NCBI RefSeq assembly: GCF_036321535.1
Contig: NC_087437.1
Coordinates: 83,268,001 to 83,332,000, forward strand
Length of the DNA stretch: 64,000 nt
Origin: Camelus dromedarius
Taxonomy: Eukaryota
Reading direction: 5' to 3'
Made by a program: the position numbers and the translations under genes. This document shows, one piece after another, positions 26,066 through 40,810 of the stretch. The stretch's first letter is position 1. Every line of letters begins with the position of its first letter. The notes under the pieces were generated by a model. The model was given only the letters and a program-made list of their open reading frames with translations. It did not search any database and was not told the origin of the DNA.

Positions 26066-26309
26066 ATGGTCATCAAAAAGTGAGATCAAGAACTCAGATG
26101 CAGTAGCCAGTTTTTGCAGAGAGCGTTCTCTGAACATCCAGATGAGATGTACTCAGCAGTATAAGTCAACTATAGCTTAGTAGAAATAATGTCTTAGGAG
26201 TTACTGGGGTAGCTGAAGGCATATGTATCGATATCCATTAAAGAGTGTGCACAAAATAAAGAAAAGAAGGATATGGAAAGAAACTTGAGGAAGTTACATT
26301 AAAGAGGTT

Positions 26310-26835
26310 ACACAGTGGATACACTGCATAGATAACCAACATCTCATCCTCTTTTCTCCCATACACTCTTGGTGGCTGGTAGAGGTTATCATTCATTCAA
26401 CAAGCCAAAAGAGCTAGAAACTGACTTCCCATTCCTCTTACACCTGGGTGAGGGGATTTGACCTAGATTTGGCAAATCAAATCCACTCAACCTACATTTA
26501 GAATATGGAGAAAGAGGGAGAAAAAGGTACAGGGACAAAAGAGAATATCGGTTGCAAAGACAGCAATACCAGGACTCCAGCAAACGCATCCTGCATCCAT
26601 GACCATGGCATTGTGAGTGTGAGCTGGCATTCCAAATTCAGCAGTAGCGAGAACAGGTTTCATTGAGCTGGTGTTAGGACATGATTTTGGCTGTTGATTT
26701 TCTCCTTTGCTTCCTTCTGTTCCTGATCATTTTTTTTCACCTGATTTCTTTAATCTCTCCTGCATTTCTATGTGAAAGCCAATTTCCATTCAATTAACTC
26801 ATTTCCTGTGACAATCAAGAAGCCTGGCTCACAAC
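26310..26835 (+). mobile_element. Ancient ERVL-class LTR (LTR33/LTR16-like)
   Basis: Ends CAATTAACTCATTTCC...CAATCAAGAAGCCTGGCTCACA; family call from recall. Confidence 0.4.
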
Positions 26836-29234
26836 AAAAAAGGACTAGGGAGAGACCAGGAAAGGACACTGAGCAGAGAAGTGGGAGGAAACTGGGAAGT
26901 TAAGTGTTGTGAACTTAAATAGAGAAAAGATATTCAAGAAGAACAAAGTGAAGGACATGTTAAATGTCAAAATAAATGCTCTAGTAGGACAGTGAGTGAT
27001 CAGATTTCACTGGGTGTGGAAATTAAGAGATTGTTAGTGACTTTAGTGAGAGCAGCTTGCATTTGGTGATTGAGTTGAGGCCAGACAATAAGGAGAAGTG
27101 AAAGAGGAACAAGTAGACGGAATGATACAGAGTACTCCAAGAAATGTGAAGACCGTTAGCATTTTTCTGCTTCTCATATGTAGGGTTTTTTTTCCCATCT
27201 AGAACATTTTAAGGAAAGTTTTCAAAAGAGAGGAGAGTAAGGAACTGAGAGGAGAAAGGGAACAGGAAAAGTGGGAAGGCATATGTATTGGTGAAAATAA
27301 AAACGGCAGAGAGGTGAGTAACAGATGGAAAATAACAAAGACGTAGGTGGATTAATGGGAAAACAAACCAAAGAAGACCTGAGAGAAACTATCTGGGAAA
27401 TGCTGAACAGAAAATACAGATAGGCCTGCTTTTCAAAAGTTCGCTGAACCGCCACTTCACTTTTATGAAAGAACTACTTAGCACCTTTTTTCACTAATCA
27501 AAAGAGATCCAAAGAGAATTTTTGCTACTACTGAAAAAAAAAAAGGGTAAAACAGCTCTCAGCATTCCTTTTGCAAGAAGCGGTTATAGAAGGATCGCAC
27601 CAATACTCCCCCATACCACCACCTCCCACACCTCCCCACCCCCTACACTTCTCAACCCCTGGCAGCCAGAGTGCTCCGCCAAGCTCCTTCCCTGGGAACT
27701 ACATTTAGGATCTCAGCATCAAGCCACCATTGCTCTGAACTGTGTCTGTGAGCATCTGTGCTTTATCTCTATTTATTCTGAGCATCTCTTAGGAAAAGTA
27801 GCTTCTTCTCTTTATGCCATTTCAGCTTTTAAAAGGTTTCATAAGAACACCCTACTTTCAGATGGTGGGGGAAACCTATAAAGGAAAAGGCTTAGAGACT
27901 TAGGGGTGAATGTTTGTCTTAACTATGGTGTTCCCAAAGGTCAGTCCTAAGAATCTTTTTTTTTTTAAGTCAAAGTTTATTTTCCTATGGAATTTGTGTA
28001 TTAAAAAGAGACTTCAATTTTAAATTTTATAAATTGTGTGTTGTCTGTAAATATATTGGCTCTGCCTAAAGTTCTTTCAATATTTAAAATTTGCTTTCTC
28101 TTTGCTGTTAGAGTAATTAGAACTGAACTTCTTTAGAAATCCTGTTCGTTTAACTTCAGAGCACTTCTTTCTCCACCAGTTGTCAATTTCTTTAGTTTTA
28201 GGGGGAAACAAAAACTGAGCCAAAATTAGATCTTGAGTATAGGCAATATAAATAATGAACATCAATAATTCCAGTTGTTAATTCAATTTTTATATAGAAT
28301 TGCCTTCCTTCCCTGCAATCACTAAATAATTGAAAATTCTCAAATCTAATTTGTGTGTGGACATTTATTTATAAATGCTGGCAAGCATAGTAGGGAAACA
28401 TTTTCTACATATATCCTATATATAAATAAAATATATATTATTATTAAAGTACTCAATGATTTATATGTATATATCTTTTTTAATTTATATTCCATAGAAC
28501 ATATATATTTCTATGCTATATGTACAAAATACTCAATAAAGTTATTCTCAGAAGTGGGTGAAAAAACAGAGGAATTAATATTTAAATAATTTGCCTTAAA
28601 AGTTTTAATCAGTGTTTAATTAATCAGAGTGAGTCTTTTTGTCAGAATCACCAAAATGATTTCTTATATAAGAATCATATGAAATGAAACATTAAACCCA
28701 GTTTTAAACTATTTAACCTTTGGTTCACCAAAATTCACCTCATAAAATTGTTAGAGATAGGTTAACAAAATAATAAAACATTGTTAAAGGGAACAATTCT
28801 GTCTTAAGCTATTTTACATATATAAATTTTAGTCACAAAAATAAAAGACACAAGTAATTCACTATTTTTTTCCACTTCCACTTGGATATTTTGACATCTT
28901 ATGTGCCCAATCTAAAATTACTATAAATTAAGCAGTATTTTAAATGTTTTATATAAAGAATAATGAATATTATGCAAATCATTTATCTCTTACCCATATC
29001 TTATGAGAAATTGTGGATATCCTTTCAATACAGTAGGCTTTCTAGAGTAGGAAAATCTACAATAGTACAGGAAATGACAATAACACAAGTAGCAATTCTT
29101 TGCATACTGATTAATTTTGGAGGCTTTACTTTCCAAGCTAAGGAAGTTATTGTTTATATTAATTTCTTCTGAATAGAATAGTCAATCAATTATACAACTC
29201 TGTGCTTTTACCAGAAGAAGAAAGAGTGAAGTAC

Positions 29235-29305
29235 CAAAATTCCCCTGATAGAGCCCAAGGATTCCCTTTAGGACAAAGCTAATCTTTTCTACTGGGCATT
29301 GTGAA
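29235..29305 (-). promoter_or_regulatory. Candidate OR5H promoter motif block
   Basis: GGATTCCCTTTAGG...CTACTGGGCATTGTGA, shared with 40751 and 54355. Confidence 0.65.
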
Positions 29306-29734
29306 CCTGGACATGTGTGAGGAATCCAGATTATTCCACCAGGCATTATAAACTCTGAAATCATAAAAATCGATCATTTTAGACTGTTCCAGTTTTAACA
29401 GTAGAAATTGCACCTTATGCCACTACTTTCAACCATAGATGACTCTTCTGATATGTTTATGAAAATTCAGTTCATGTGTAAATTTTGATGCTCAGCTTAG
29501 TATGGTCTTGTCTGAGCTAATCACACTTGATTTTAATGAGGCCAGAGTTCTAGAATCCCTTCAGGAGCCAATCCCAAGAAAGTTGTCCTCATGCGAACTG
29601 TAAATCACATTCCATACCTATACCTAGCTCCACACATTAGTGGGGAAGTCTGATGAGAAATCTTACTAAGCAAAGGTCAGGGGGAGAAGCAAAGGAAAAA
29701 CAGAACAAAGGGCCACTGTGGGAGGTGGCCTACA

Positions 29735-29850
29735 TCAGTGCTTCTCAAACTGTAATGTCTATGAATCTCCTGGAGAGCTTGTTAAAATGAAGATTTTGTT
29801 TCAGTAGGTCTGTGAGGGGCCCAAGGGTCTTCATCTCTAGCAAGGTGACT
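29735..29850. mobile_element. MER5A-like hAT MITE
   Basis: CAGTGCTTCTCAAACTGTAATGT...GAATCTCCTGGAGAGCTTGTTAAAATG...TCAGTAGGTCTG. Confidence 0.75.
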
Positions 29851-30529
29851 GTTGCCTATGGACAGGTGTCTTCCACAGGGCCACAGGGTCTTCCTCATTG
29901 GAGGGACTATCAGAGTATCAGAGAGCCTACATATTTGGAGAAGCACAACATGATAAATGTAGCTTGTAAACAGAGAAGTAAGGAGGAGTCATATGCGGTT
30001 AGAGAGGCCAGCATATGTGGGAGACTATGTCAGGGACTTTGTTCTTTACCCCAGCCTAAAGGAAAACTATTGAGGGATTTTGAACATAGTGGTAATGTGT
30101 CCAAATTTGCTTTTTTGTGCATTAACAGATAAAATTATCCATGAACATTCATAAAATAAACCTTAATTTACTTACTTGTGATATTTGGATTTGACATCTA
30201 AAAGGTTTTTTAAAAAAAGAAAAAGAATAACCTCTGAAATGTGACTGGCAACCTAGGGAGAAAAAAGGGCATATTGTTTGATAGCTTCATTAATCCCTTT
30301 CCTGCTTCCTTAGAATCTTGTTTGTGAAAGGGAGAGAAATTGAGAAGAAGTAACATAGATAAAAGAGAATTCACTGTGAAAACTCTACAGAAGGATTGAG
30401 TAAGTAGCAGGATGTGCAGAGGGAGCTTTAACATAACCAAAACTTGACTTAAGTTTACTGCCCCCTTCAATTTTGAGTAATTATCTTCCAGGTTTTGTGT
30501 TGTCTGTCTGTAAGTACAAAGGTGTGTAT

Positions 30530-31743
30530 TGCTGCTTCTGGCATGGATTGCCCTTTTGATTTCAGTTATTTTAATAGGTGGGTTGTGGTATCTAATTGTG
30601 GTTTTAATTTGCATTTCCCTGATGACTAATGATGATTATATCTGCGCTTACTTGACATCTGCAGGCCATCTTCAGTCAAATGTCTGTTCAGATTTTTTTG
30701 TCCACTTTTAACTGAGTTATTTGTTTTCTAATTTTTGAGCTTTGAGAGTTTTTCCTATATCCTACATATGAGTGTTTTATCAGATATATGTCTTACAGAT
30801 ATTTCCTGAAATTCTATGGTTTGTCATTTCATTTTAGCACTTTTTTTGAACAGCAGTTCTTTATTTAATGAAGTTAATTTGTCAGTGGTTTTTCTTTCAT
30901 AAGTTGTGCTTTTGATGTCTTATTTGTTGTTTGTACATTTAGGTTTATGACACATTTTGAGTTAATTTTTTATATTATCTACATCAAAGTTCATTTTTTG
31001 CATATAGATATCCAATTGTTCCAGTATCATTTGTTGAAAAGACTGTCATTTCTTCACTGAATTACCTTTGCAGCTTTATTCAAAATCAGCTGTCCATAAA
31101 TTTATGGGTTTATATCTGAATTGTATTCTATTCCACTCCTCTATTTGTGTGTCTTTATAACAAGTCCACACTGTGTTGATAATGAAGTTCTATGTTAAAT
31201 CCTAGAGTCAGATAGTGTTAGATCCCTAGTTGTGTTCTTCTTTTTCAAAGTTGTCTTGGCTATTCTATATTCTTTGCATTCCTATATGAATATCATAATC
31301 AGCTTGTCAATTTCTACAAGAAATCCTGCTAGTATTTTGATTGGGACTTTATTAAATCTATAAATGAATTTGGAGAGAATTGAAATTTTTTCAATATTGA
31401 CTCTTCCAATCCATCTTTCCATATATTTAGGTATTCTTTAATTTCTCTTATAAAAGCTTTGTTTTTTTTCAATTTATTGCTTTTGCACATTATTTGTCGG
31501 ATTTATCACTAAGTTTTCATATGCTGATTACTATTGTACACAGTATTTTTAACTTCAATTTCTGAATGTTTATTACTACTATACAGAAATACAGGTGATT
31601 TTTGAATATTGATTTTGTATTCTGGAAATTAGCTAAACTCATCTACTAGTTTTAGTAACTTTTTTGTACTCCATTTGATTTTTCTGGAGGGATAATTGTA
31701 TTATCTATTTAAATATTTATTTCTTCCTCTTCAGTCTGGATGC
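30530..31743 (-). mobile_element. Old L1 ORF2 fragment
   Basis: The minus ORF starts MQIKTTIRYH; typical antisense ORF2 sequence. Confidence 0.85.
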
Positions 31744-32225
31744 TGTTAAAGAAAATCAGTGACTCTTGATGAAGGTCATAAGGAAGATTTTATTCAAGGG
31801 AAGGCTATTATAATAGTTGCAGGAACCATTTCAATGGGATCTTGCAGTGGGGGAGAGATGTTGAATTCAACATAGCATAGGCAAGTGGGTACTTATAGCC
31901 AAGGAGCAGGGTGCGGGAGAGTGGATGGAGAATTACCGAGAGAAAACATCAGGGATAAGAGCGATTCTGGCTAAACCAACCTAACAGTATTGCTGAAGGC
32001 AGGCTAGGGTCATCGCACATTACCTGGGGGTTGGTGTAGGATAAGGAACCCAATTATGTATCAGGGGTGATCAGACATCAAAGATAAGGATCAAAGTGAT
32101 TCAGCAGGATTCTTGCCAAAATTGGACAATTCACGGATGAATATGGAAGTCCAGAAATCAGGCGTGGTTGAAAAAGAGCTCAGAGGAGTCTGAGTAGAAT
32201 TTGATGAGTGAGAGAATCTTTATCA
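31744..32225 (-). mobile_element. ERV1 LTR, MER31-like
   Basis: TG...CA ends. CTTGCAGTGGGGGAGAG, TTATAGCCAAGGAGCAGGG, ATTCTGGCTAAACC and AGAATCTTTATCA match the recalled MER31 reverse strand. Confidence 0.75.
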
Positions 32226-33169
32226 TTATCTTTATCACTCTAGAATTATTTTATTTCACAAGTAAAACTGTCTATTATAGAAAGATTTAAAGATATTGAT
32301 AAGTAATAGGAAAGTAAAAATATTTTATAATTATCTAGAAATATACACTAATATTTTAGTATCAATCTTTAAAATTTTTCTATCATATATTATACAAATA
32401 TACATACATCTGTGAGTTTGCAGATAAGGAAATTATGCAATATACATAGTTTTGCAACCTGCTATTCCTGCTTAATATATGTGGAATGATAACTCTAGAG
32501 AAAGGAGTTCAAATTCCTACTCTGATCCTTTTACAATTTCCTTTTTCCTTTTTCCTTTTCCCGAAGCAAGGAGATGTTAATACGATGTGTGAAATTACGA
32601 GATTCTGGTGGGATCACGTAGGTGGGCTTAAGGGGCATCCAGAGGTCAGACTGTCGCTTTGATTGACCGTAGCTTGTGTCTTCTTTAAGCAGAAATGCTA
32701 AGTAGCCCGCAGGCATGCTCCCTTGAAACATCTATTCTTCCTGCCAGAAAAATAAGCTCACTCATGGACTTTTCCTTCCAAACATGGCCAGCTCCACTTC
32801 ACTCTTTTCTAAACTGGCCACCTGGCTTAGTCTGGCTAGCTTTGTGCACCAAGGGTTAACTTCTACACTGCTAGCTCCATTTCTTCCAGCACTAGAAATC
32901 AAGATTCTGATTAGGCTTAAAGGAGAAAAAGCTCCTTGGACCTCTAGTCTAGACCACAATTTTCTGTCTTATTTTGACCAAAGCTCAAGTTGCAATGTAT
33001 TTTACTTTGTTTTCTTTTCCTCACACTTACATTCTTTCTCTAGAATGTCTAAAAGAACATTTATATACATCTCCCAAAAAACTCCTAGAAGATGATTTCG
33101 CTGTTTGTGCTTATCTGTTTTATATAAAATATATGGACTTGGGCTTTTCTTTTTTGAAAACTAAAATTT

Positions 33170-34706
<1,537 letters not shown>

Positions 34707-35071
34707 TAAAAATGGAAGTAAACAGTACTTAGAGGACAAATGAAATATTCTGAATTATAAAAACCTAAAATTCCTTTTAATAGCTGAAATATCTGTATTT
34801 CAGATACCAAGTTAAAAGGGACGTTGATTATCAACTTTGATAGACTGTATTCTGTATCTGTATGGTAGGGTATGAGGTAAAAGTAAGAACCACTTTAAGA
34901 TTATGCTTAGAGCTGAATACCATCTGGATAGATGGGGCATATCCATAGTAGGAAGACCCACAACCATTGAGATTTATGTAGAAGTAATAATTTTGTCATA
35001 TTGAAATGGGATATTACGGGTATGCCTGGTTCCCGTATAAGACATTCAGTTCTACCTTTGGGGAAAAGGGA

Positions 35072-35505
35072 TATCTTAGTTTGTGTTCTGTCAGACTGAG
35101 ACATGATTTGAATGCAGTAGTTTTTTGTTAATAGTTGATGAGTAATAAAGTGATGAAGTGAGACAGGGAGGGGAATGCAGCCAAAAAGGGTAATTTACCA
35201 AACAAGTTACAATTGTAAGCAATCAAGCTTACTCGTTTTTGGAAACACCATGAGCTAGTATGAAGCATGAACATCAAATTTATATCAACCAAAGGGCAAA
35301 GGATTTGGGGTATTTATTCACCAACTCCTGCAAGTCACTGGTTGATAAATGATCTGAGGGAGATTCTTTGAATAGTAATCATTTCCCAGTTCTTATAGTC
35401 TGCCTTAAATGAGGGTAAAATGGCTCTGGCCATCAGAGAAAACCCTCAGATGCAGATGTGCAGTTAGAAAAGATAAGGGGAGACACCAGCAGTATCTATG
35501 ACAGG
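35072..35505. mobile_element. Ancient MaLR/ERVL-type LTR
   Basis: TATCTTAGTTTGTGTTC...CAGACTGAGACATGATTTGAATGCAGTAG...GGGGTATTTATTCACCAACTCC...CACCAGCAGTATCTATGACA. Confidence 0.5.
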
Positions 35506-37409
35506 GAATATATAAGAATCAAGGGCAGTGTGATCTGAGACTCACACTGAATGAATCATTCAACACTAGCTATTACAGTGAATCAGTCTATCCCTTAAGC
35601 AACCCATTCTCAAAAACCTTAAATTGAGGTTTGTCCACAAATAACAAAAGAAATGATGAAACTTGCTCTCATAGGCTTAGAAAAGTGGGAAACAGTGTTT
35701 TGAAGTGAGTCATGGCATACAATCTGTACTACATAGTACTTAACATAGGGCCTCTTGACTGGAAGAAAGTCTCCTCTGACATTTGCCAAAATTTCCCTTA
35801 AAGAGCAATGAAATGTTATTTAATTTATTTTACAATCTTTAAAAATCTAACTAAATACTTATAATACTGTTCCCAGTCACATCATCTTCATCCATTAGGT
35901 CATTGCTTATGGTGTCTTATACACAGTGCAGTCAGCAACACAATATTGTGTTGTAAATAGTGCCCCTGAGTTAAGCAGTGCACACAGCTTGAATGGTCAT
36001 TCACAATCCCTCTGCATATACTTTGTCACAACACTATTCATGGAACCCATTATTTTTCTCTCAATAATTTATTAATGTCATTCCATTGTCTTGTACTTTC
36101 AGTACAACAAATAGAAAGTCAGTTATTACTGTTCTTATCTTTACTTTGTCAGTAACCCAGTCTCTCTATCTAGAAGGTTGTAGATCTTCTCTTTCCTCCT
36201 AAAGTCTGGGACCGTTTGCCAGAAGCAGTTTTCTTGTGGTTGGTGCACTATCAGTGCTATCCTTTGCAGATTACTTAGCTTAGGAATCCAAGATTTCCTT
36301 TGTTTCTAGGCTTGATGAGCTACATTTTAGACTGGGTGAGCCTGATTTGCCTATTCTAGAATCACCAGGATGTAAATGTACTATGGACTCCCTCCAGTGG
36401 TCAGTTCTCTTAAAAATACTTTCAAAAAATAAATACTTCAATATATGAGATTTTTTTCATGAGTTTGAATATATGGCTTCACAGCACTTGTGAAATAATG
36501 GTGTCCCCATTCACAAATCTACACCTTTCCTCCTGCCTAGTTGAAGACAGGACAGAGCACCTTGCAGAAGCATAGATAGATTAGATACTTTGAACTCTAT
36601 CAGCACCAGAGATGCCCCTATTAAGTTCCTCCACAACTAGGACCATTTTCTCCCAATACTAATTTGATATGTAGAATTTTTAAGTTCATTTAGCTTCAAT
36701 GTGTTCATTCCTCTTGTCACTGCCTGTTTAAGTAGCCAATTACATTTATATAATCATTTTAATTTCACTTACTCTCTATGCCCTGTTAAAAGTTGGAGAT
36801 GGCCTATAACAGCGCAGAGAAGCTGTAGTGCTGACTTCATTTCACAGCCTTGCACCCTCCTACCCTGCATGCCTATTAAGTCTATACATCAGATTTTCTG
36901 TATATGTGACTTCCTCTTAATTCTCCCTTACTGCTCAGCAATATCAGGTTGTCACCTGGGGATTTTGAAACAGCAATGGGTTGCCAATGATATTATAAAA
37001 CCAAACACTGTATGTTTACTACTTTAGAGTTCCTTTAAGTTTAGAATATGGCCAACAGAGAAAGTTATTACAAATTCCTTACAGAGCCGTCTATGAAAGA
37101 ACAATAAATATTACATTGAAAGTTTTTACAGTCATTTCAGAAACGAGAACCATCCCATAGTGGCACTTACCCAAATTAAGATTTGTTGCATTGTGTAATT
37201 GCAGAAATAAATTATTTTTACTTAAATAGTAAACACAGAAGAGATTATGAGTGGCAGTTATGTAAATTATGTTTCTGCTTTTGTAAAATATGTAAAGATT
37301 AATACAGTATAGACACTGCCCTCAGTTAAAATTATAAAACCAAGGCTAATTTGAATGTTGAAAAAGAACCAGTTTGCTATAATTCAATAAAAATTTAATG
37401 TAATTTAAT

Positions 37410-37605
37410 TCACAATAGATAAATAGTAAGTTTATGCTGTATAGAACAGGGAAATATATTCAGTATCTTACAGTAACCTATAATGGAAAAAGAATATGAA
37501 AATGAATATAGTATGTATATGTATGACTGAACTATTATGCTATACACCAGAAATTGATACAACATTGTAAACTGACTATACTTCAATAAAACAATAAATA
37601 AAAAC
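37410..37605 (+). mobile_element. Short L1 3' end just past the OR stop codon, antisense to the OR
   Basis: CTGTATAGAACAGGGAAATATATTC...CATTGTAAACTGACTATACTTCAATAAA followed by an A-rich tail. Confidence 0.88.
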
Positions 37606-37628
37606 AAGTTTAAACTTTGCCTTAATAA

Positions 37629-38537
37629 TTATCTATTTATTATTCTCCTCAAGGCACCTATAACCTCTTTGTTCCTCAGACTGTAAATAAAAGGATTTAG
37701 CAGGGGAATTATGATTGTATAAAATAAAGAATACATTTTATCCTGATCTTCAACTGGTCCAGACCCAGGACACACATATATGAAGAAGAGAGTGCCATAG
37801 AACATGGAAACAGAGAGCAGATGGGCAATGCATATGGAGAAGGCTTTGCTTCTGCCCTTTTCACACTTATTTTTCAGGATGGCAAAGAAGACAAAGGAAT
37901 AAGAGATAATGATACTCATAAAAGTGAAAGCCTGTATAAAGACTGCAAATAAAAAAATCAGGAGCATATTAACCCTAGGGTCAGTACAGGAAATTTTAAA
38001 TAGTTGTAAAATTTCACAGTAGAAATAATGTATTACATTGTACTTGCAGAAAGTTAATCTAAATGACAAACTCAGATGAATCATGGAATGAAGAAACCCA
38101 ATAAAATAAGAAACACCTAATAATTGAGTGCTGAAGATATTGGACATCACCACTGGATAAAGCAAGGGATTGCATATGGCTACATAGCGGTCATACCAGA
38201 AGGAAACATTCTGTGGTTGCACCGGAAGTGAAAAAAAAAATTGAGTAATGCACTCAGCTAGGGATATCTTTGCAGTCTTGTCTAAGAAACTGACCAGAAT
38301 CCTGGGTGTTATAGAGCTTGAACTGCAAGCATCTGCAAAGGCTAAACCACCAAGGAACAAGTACATGGGTGTGTGAAGGTGGGCATCCTTCCAAATAAGA
38401 GCCATCAGTCCAAGGTTTCCCACCATGGTGGTGAGGTAGATGAACAAGAACACCAGGCACAGGGGGACGTGCAGCCCTGGAAGATCTGTAAGTCCTGTGA
38501 GAACAAACTCAGTCAACAGCGTCTTGTTTGCCTGCAT
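37629..38537 (-). pseudogene. OR5AC-like gene with an open ORF but frameshifted TM3 (probable pseudogene)
   Basis: OR motifs are present, but TM3 reads [20 protein letters not shown] instead of [24 protein letters not shown] because of -1 and -11 nt deletions relative to the paralog. The first ATG is at 38537; the ORF-track start at 38546 is GTG. Acceptor ctctttcactgcAG near 38558. Confidence 0.85.
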
Positions 38538-38756
38538 TATATCCACTCAGCCTGTGACTGCAGTGAAAGAGTAGATGAAGAACACAGTCATGAAATACCA
38601 TGAAAATAAGTACATTTCATTTGAAAAAAATACATTTTCCTTGTTTATGTATCCCTGTTAATCAGGACATTTACCTCTACCCTTGAGTAAATATTCTTTA
38701 CAAACAATAAGTATTTAGTAAACTGGTCTTATAAATTAGGGGGAAAATACATTTAT

Positions 38757-38792
38757 ATATATAATATAATACACACACACACACACACACAC
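38757..38792 (+). repeat. (TA)n(CA)n microsatellite
   Basis: A TA run followed by about 11 AC units. Confidence 0.85.
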
Positions 38793-40299
38793 TGATGATT
38801 CCATGACTTGTATAAGAGATCTTATTTTGTAATTTGGAAAAGTTGATTGCAATTTAATAATCATCTTCTGATATAAAAATCTTTTAAAATAGGAAAAGAA
38901 TCAAGATATTTAAATATGGTGAAGATGAGAAAAAGAAACAATAAAAATGCTATTATTATATTTAAGAGGTAGCAATAGAAATTTTAATTAAAAAATTGGA
39001 TTCATTGTAAGTAAAATTTTTGTAAAAATATATACCTTCAGTCCAGTAATTATTTTGGATTAGTACATATGCTTTTGAATATTTTCAGTAACATCTGTCT
39101 TCAACCGTTGAGAGTGATTTCTTTCTCTCTCTCCCTCTTTGTTTTTTTTTGTTTGTTTGTTTGTTTTTCATAGTACTCAACAAGGTATTTTGTAAATGAA
39201 TAAAGTTAGGCATACAAGTTCAGTACATTTTTGTTCTTTTTGATAACAAAGTATCTTTCTTTTTGGACATATTTTATAATTTTTGTCAATAATACAGATG
39301 GAATATTTGATGTGATCTTTAAATAATTTGACTTTGTTCTGTGACATACAAATTTTGCCAAAAATTGAATCCAAAAGAAAAGATCCTAATATATTTGGAG
39401 GTGAATGCAGAGATTATTCAATTACCTAGAAGGAGAAAACCCACCTATAATTTAGTGTGTAGACTCAGCTGTACTCAAAATTAAATGAACAACATAATTT
39501 TATACACATATTTGTTGCTGATTAAAATACATTAAAATTTTTTCTATTTACCAAAATTGGATTTGTTTAACCTTAAAATAGATCTGAGTTTTTATTTTCC
39601 ACCTTCACTGAGAATAAAACAAGAAAATAATTAGTTTTAAAAATATATCTTTTTTAAGTATGTACCTGCAAGGAGCCCTGAAAACACAACACAAAAAGTA
39701 AGAAGATTGACTGCCATGTCTCCACTGAAAATTGGACTTTGGAAATGAGTGTAGGCCATTTAGTTTCCAAAGTAGAGGCTTTGTCCTGAGTGAGCCTACC
39801 TAGTTTTCTTGCCAACTCCCAACTACAATTAATATTTTCAATTTTCATAACTAGGTCAAGAGCTTTTAAGCATTTTGGATCTTTGCCCTTAAGATATAGA
39901 AGATAGATGAAGATAGGTAGGTAGGTCAGTAGATAGATAGACAGACAGAGAGAAAGACCCATCTATTTGGAATTCAGTTGCCTAAGAAATTTATCATTGG
40001 TGATTTTACCTCATCTTCTCATGATTCCATGAATAAATTAAGGAAATTTAAGCAGCTTAATTTAGTTGTCCATACCCTGACAAGAAATTTTTCTGTAGTA
40101 TGAAATAACCTCTGAAACTTTTGAATCATTATCATTATTTTTTATTGTTTTAGTCTTCTAATATTCCAAGTTTACTATTAAAAATAAATCTTATTATGCA
40201 TATTTTCTCAACAGTAAAACATCTAGTATTTATGACGGGCATATGGAATTGTTTGTCCTGAAGAGGAACAGAAAATCACGTATGGTGGCCAAGATTTTT

Positions 40300-40810
40300 C
40301 TCTCTTACCTGGATATTTCATTATCAGGTAAGCAAAGTGAAAAACAACAAATAATTAAAACTAGACAGATCCTGGTGTCCTCACTCAGTTTCTATAAGTC
40401 GTGGGGAGAATGACAAAGCAATAGTTTTCTTGAAGGAAAGATGATGGTTTTTCAAAGAAAATAAATTAAAAATGTATATTTCCCTCTACCATACTTTACA
40501 CTAGGGCCAGAGTCACCTTTACAAATTGCCAAACTGTTGAGGCCACCACTGTTCTCACATGTATGGCTGCATATCTTCTTAAAACCCTCCAATGAAGAAA
40601 AGTGGAAGATGCAGAATGAAACAGTGTTTACTTGTGCAAGAATTTTCCTTGGAATCCTCAATGGCAGGGATATATTTCTTTGTACTCTTTCAAATCTATT
40701 CATGAAAAAGTAAAAAGAATCTTAGAATTCCCTTAATGAAAGTTACCAGTAGATTCCCTGTGGGATGAAGGCAGAGTTGTCCTACTGGGCATTATGAGCT
40801 AATTAGCGAG
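40300..40810 (-). promoter_or_regulatory. Candidate promoter and first exon of the 37.6-kb OR5AC
   Basis: Donor CAG|GTAAGAG (CTTACCTG at 40304-40311) and the shared motif block at 40751-40805. Confidence 0.6.

Noticed and set aside
38254..38460. Similar alternative-frame ORFs in both OR5AC genes (also 50986-51210)
   Set aside because: Explained by near-identical DNA in the conversion tract, not by separate selection.
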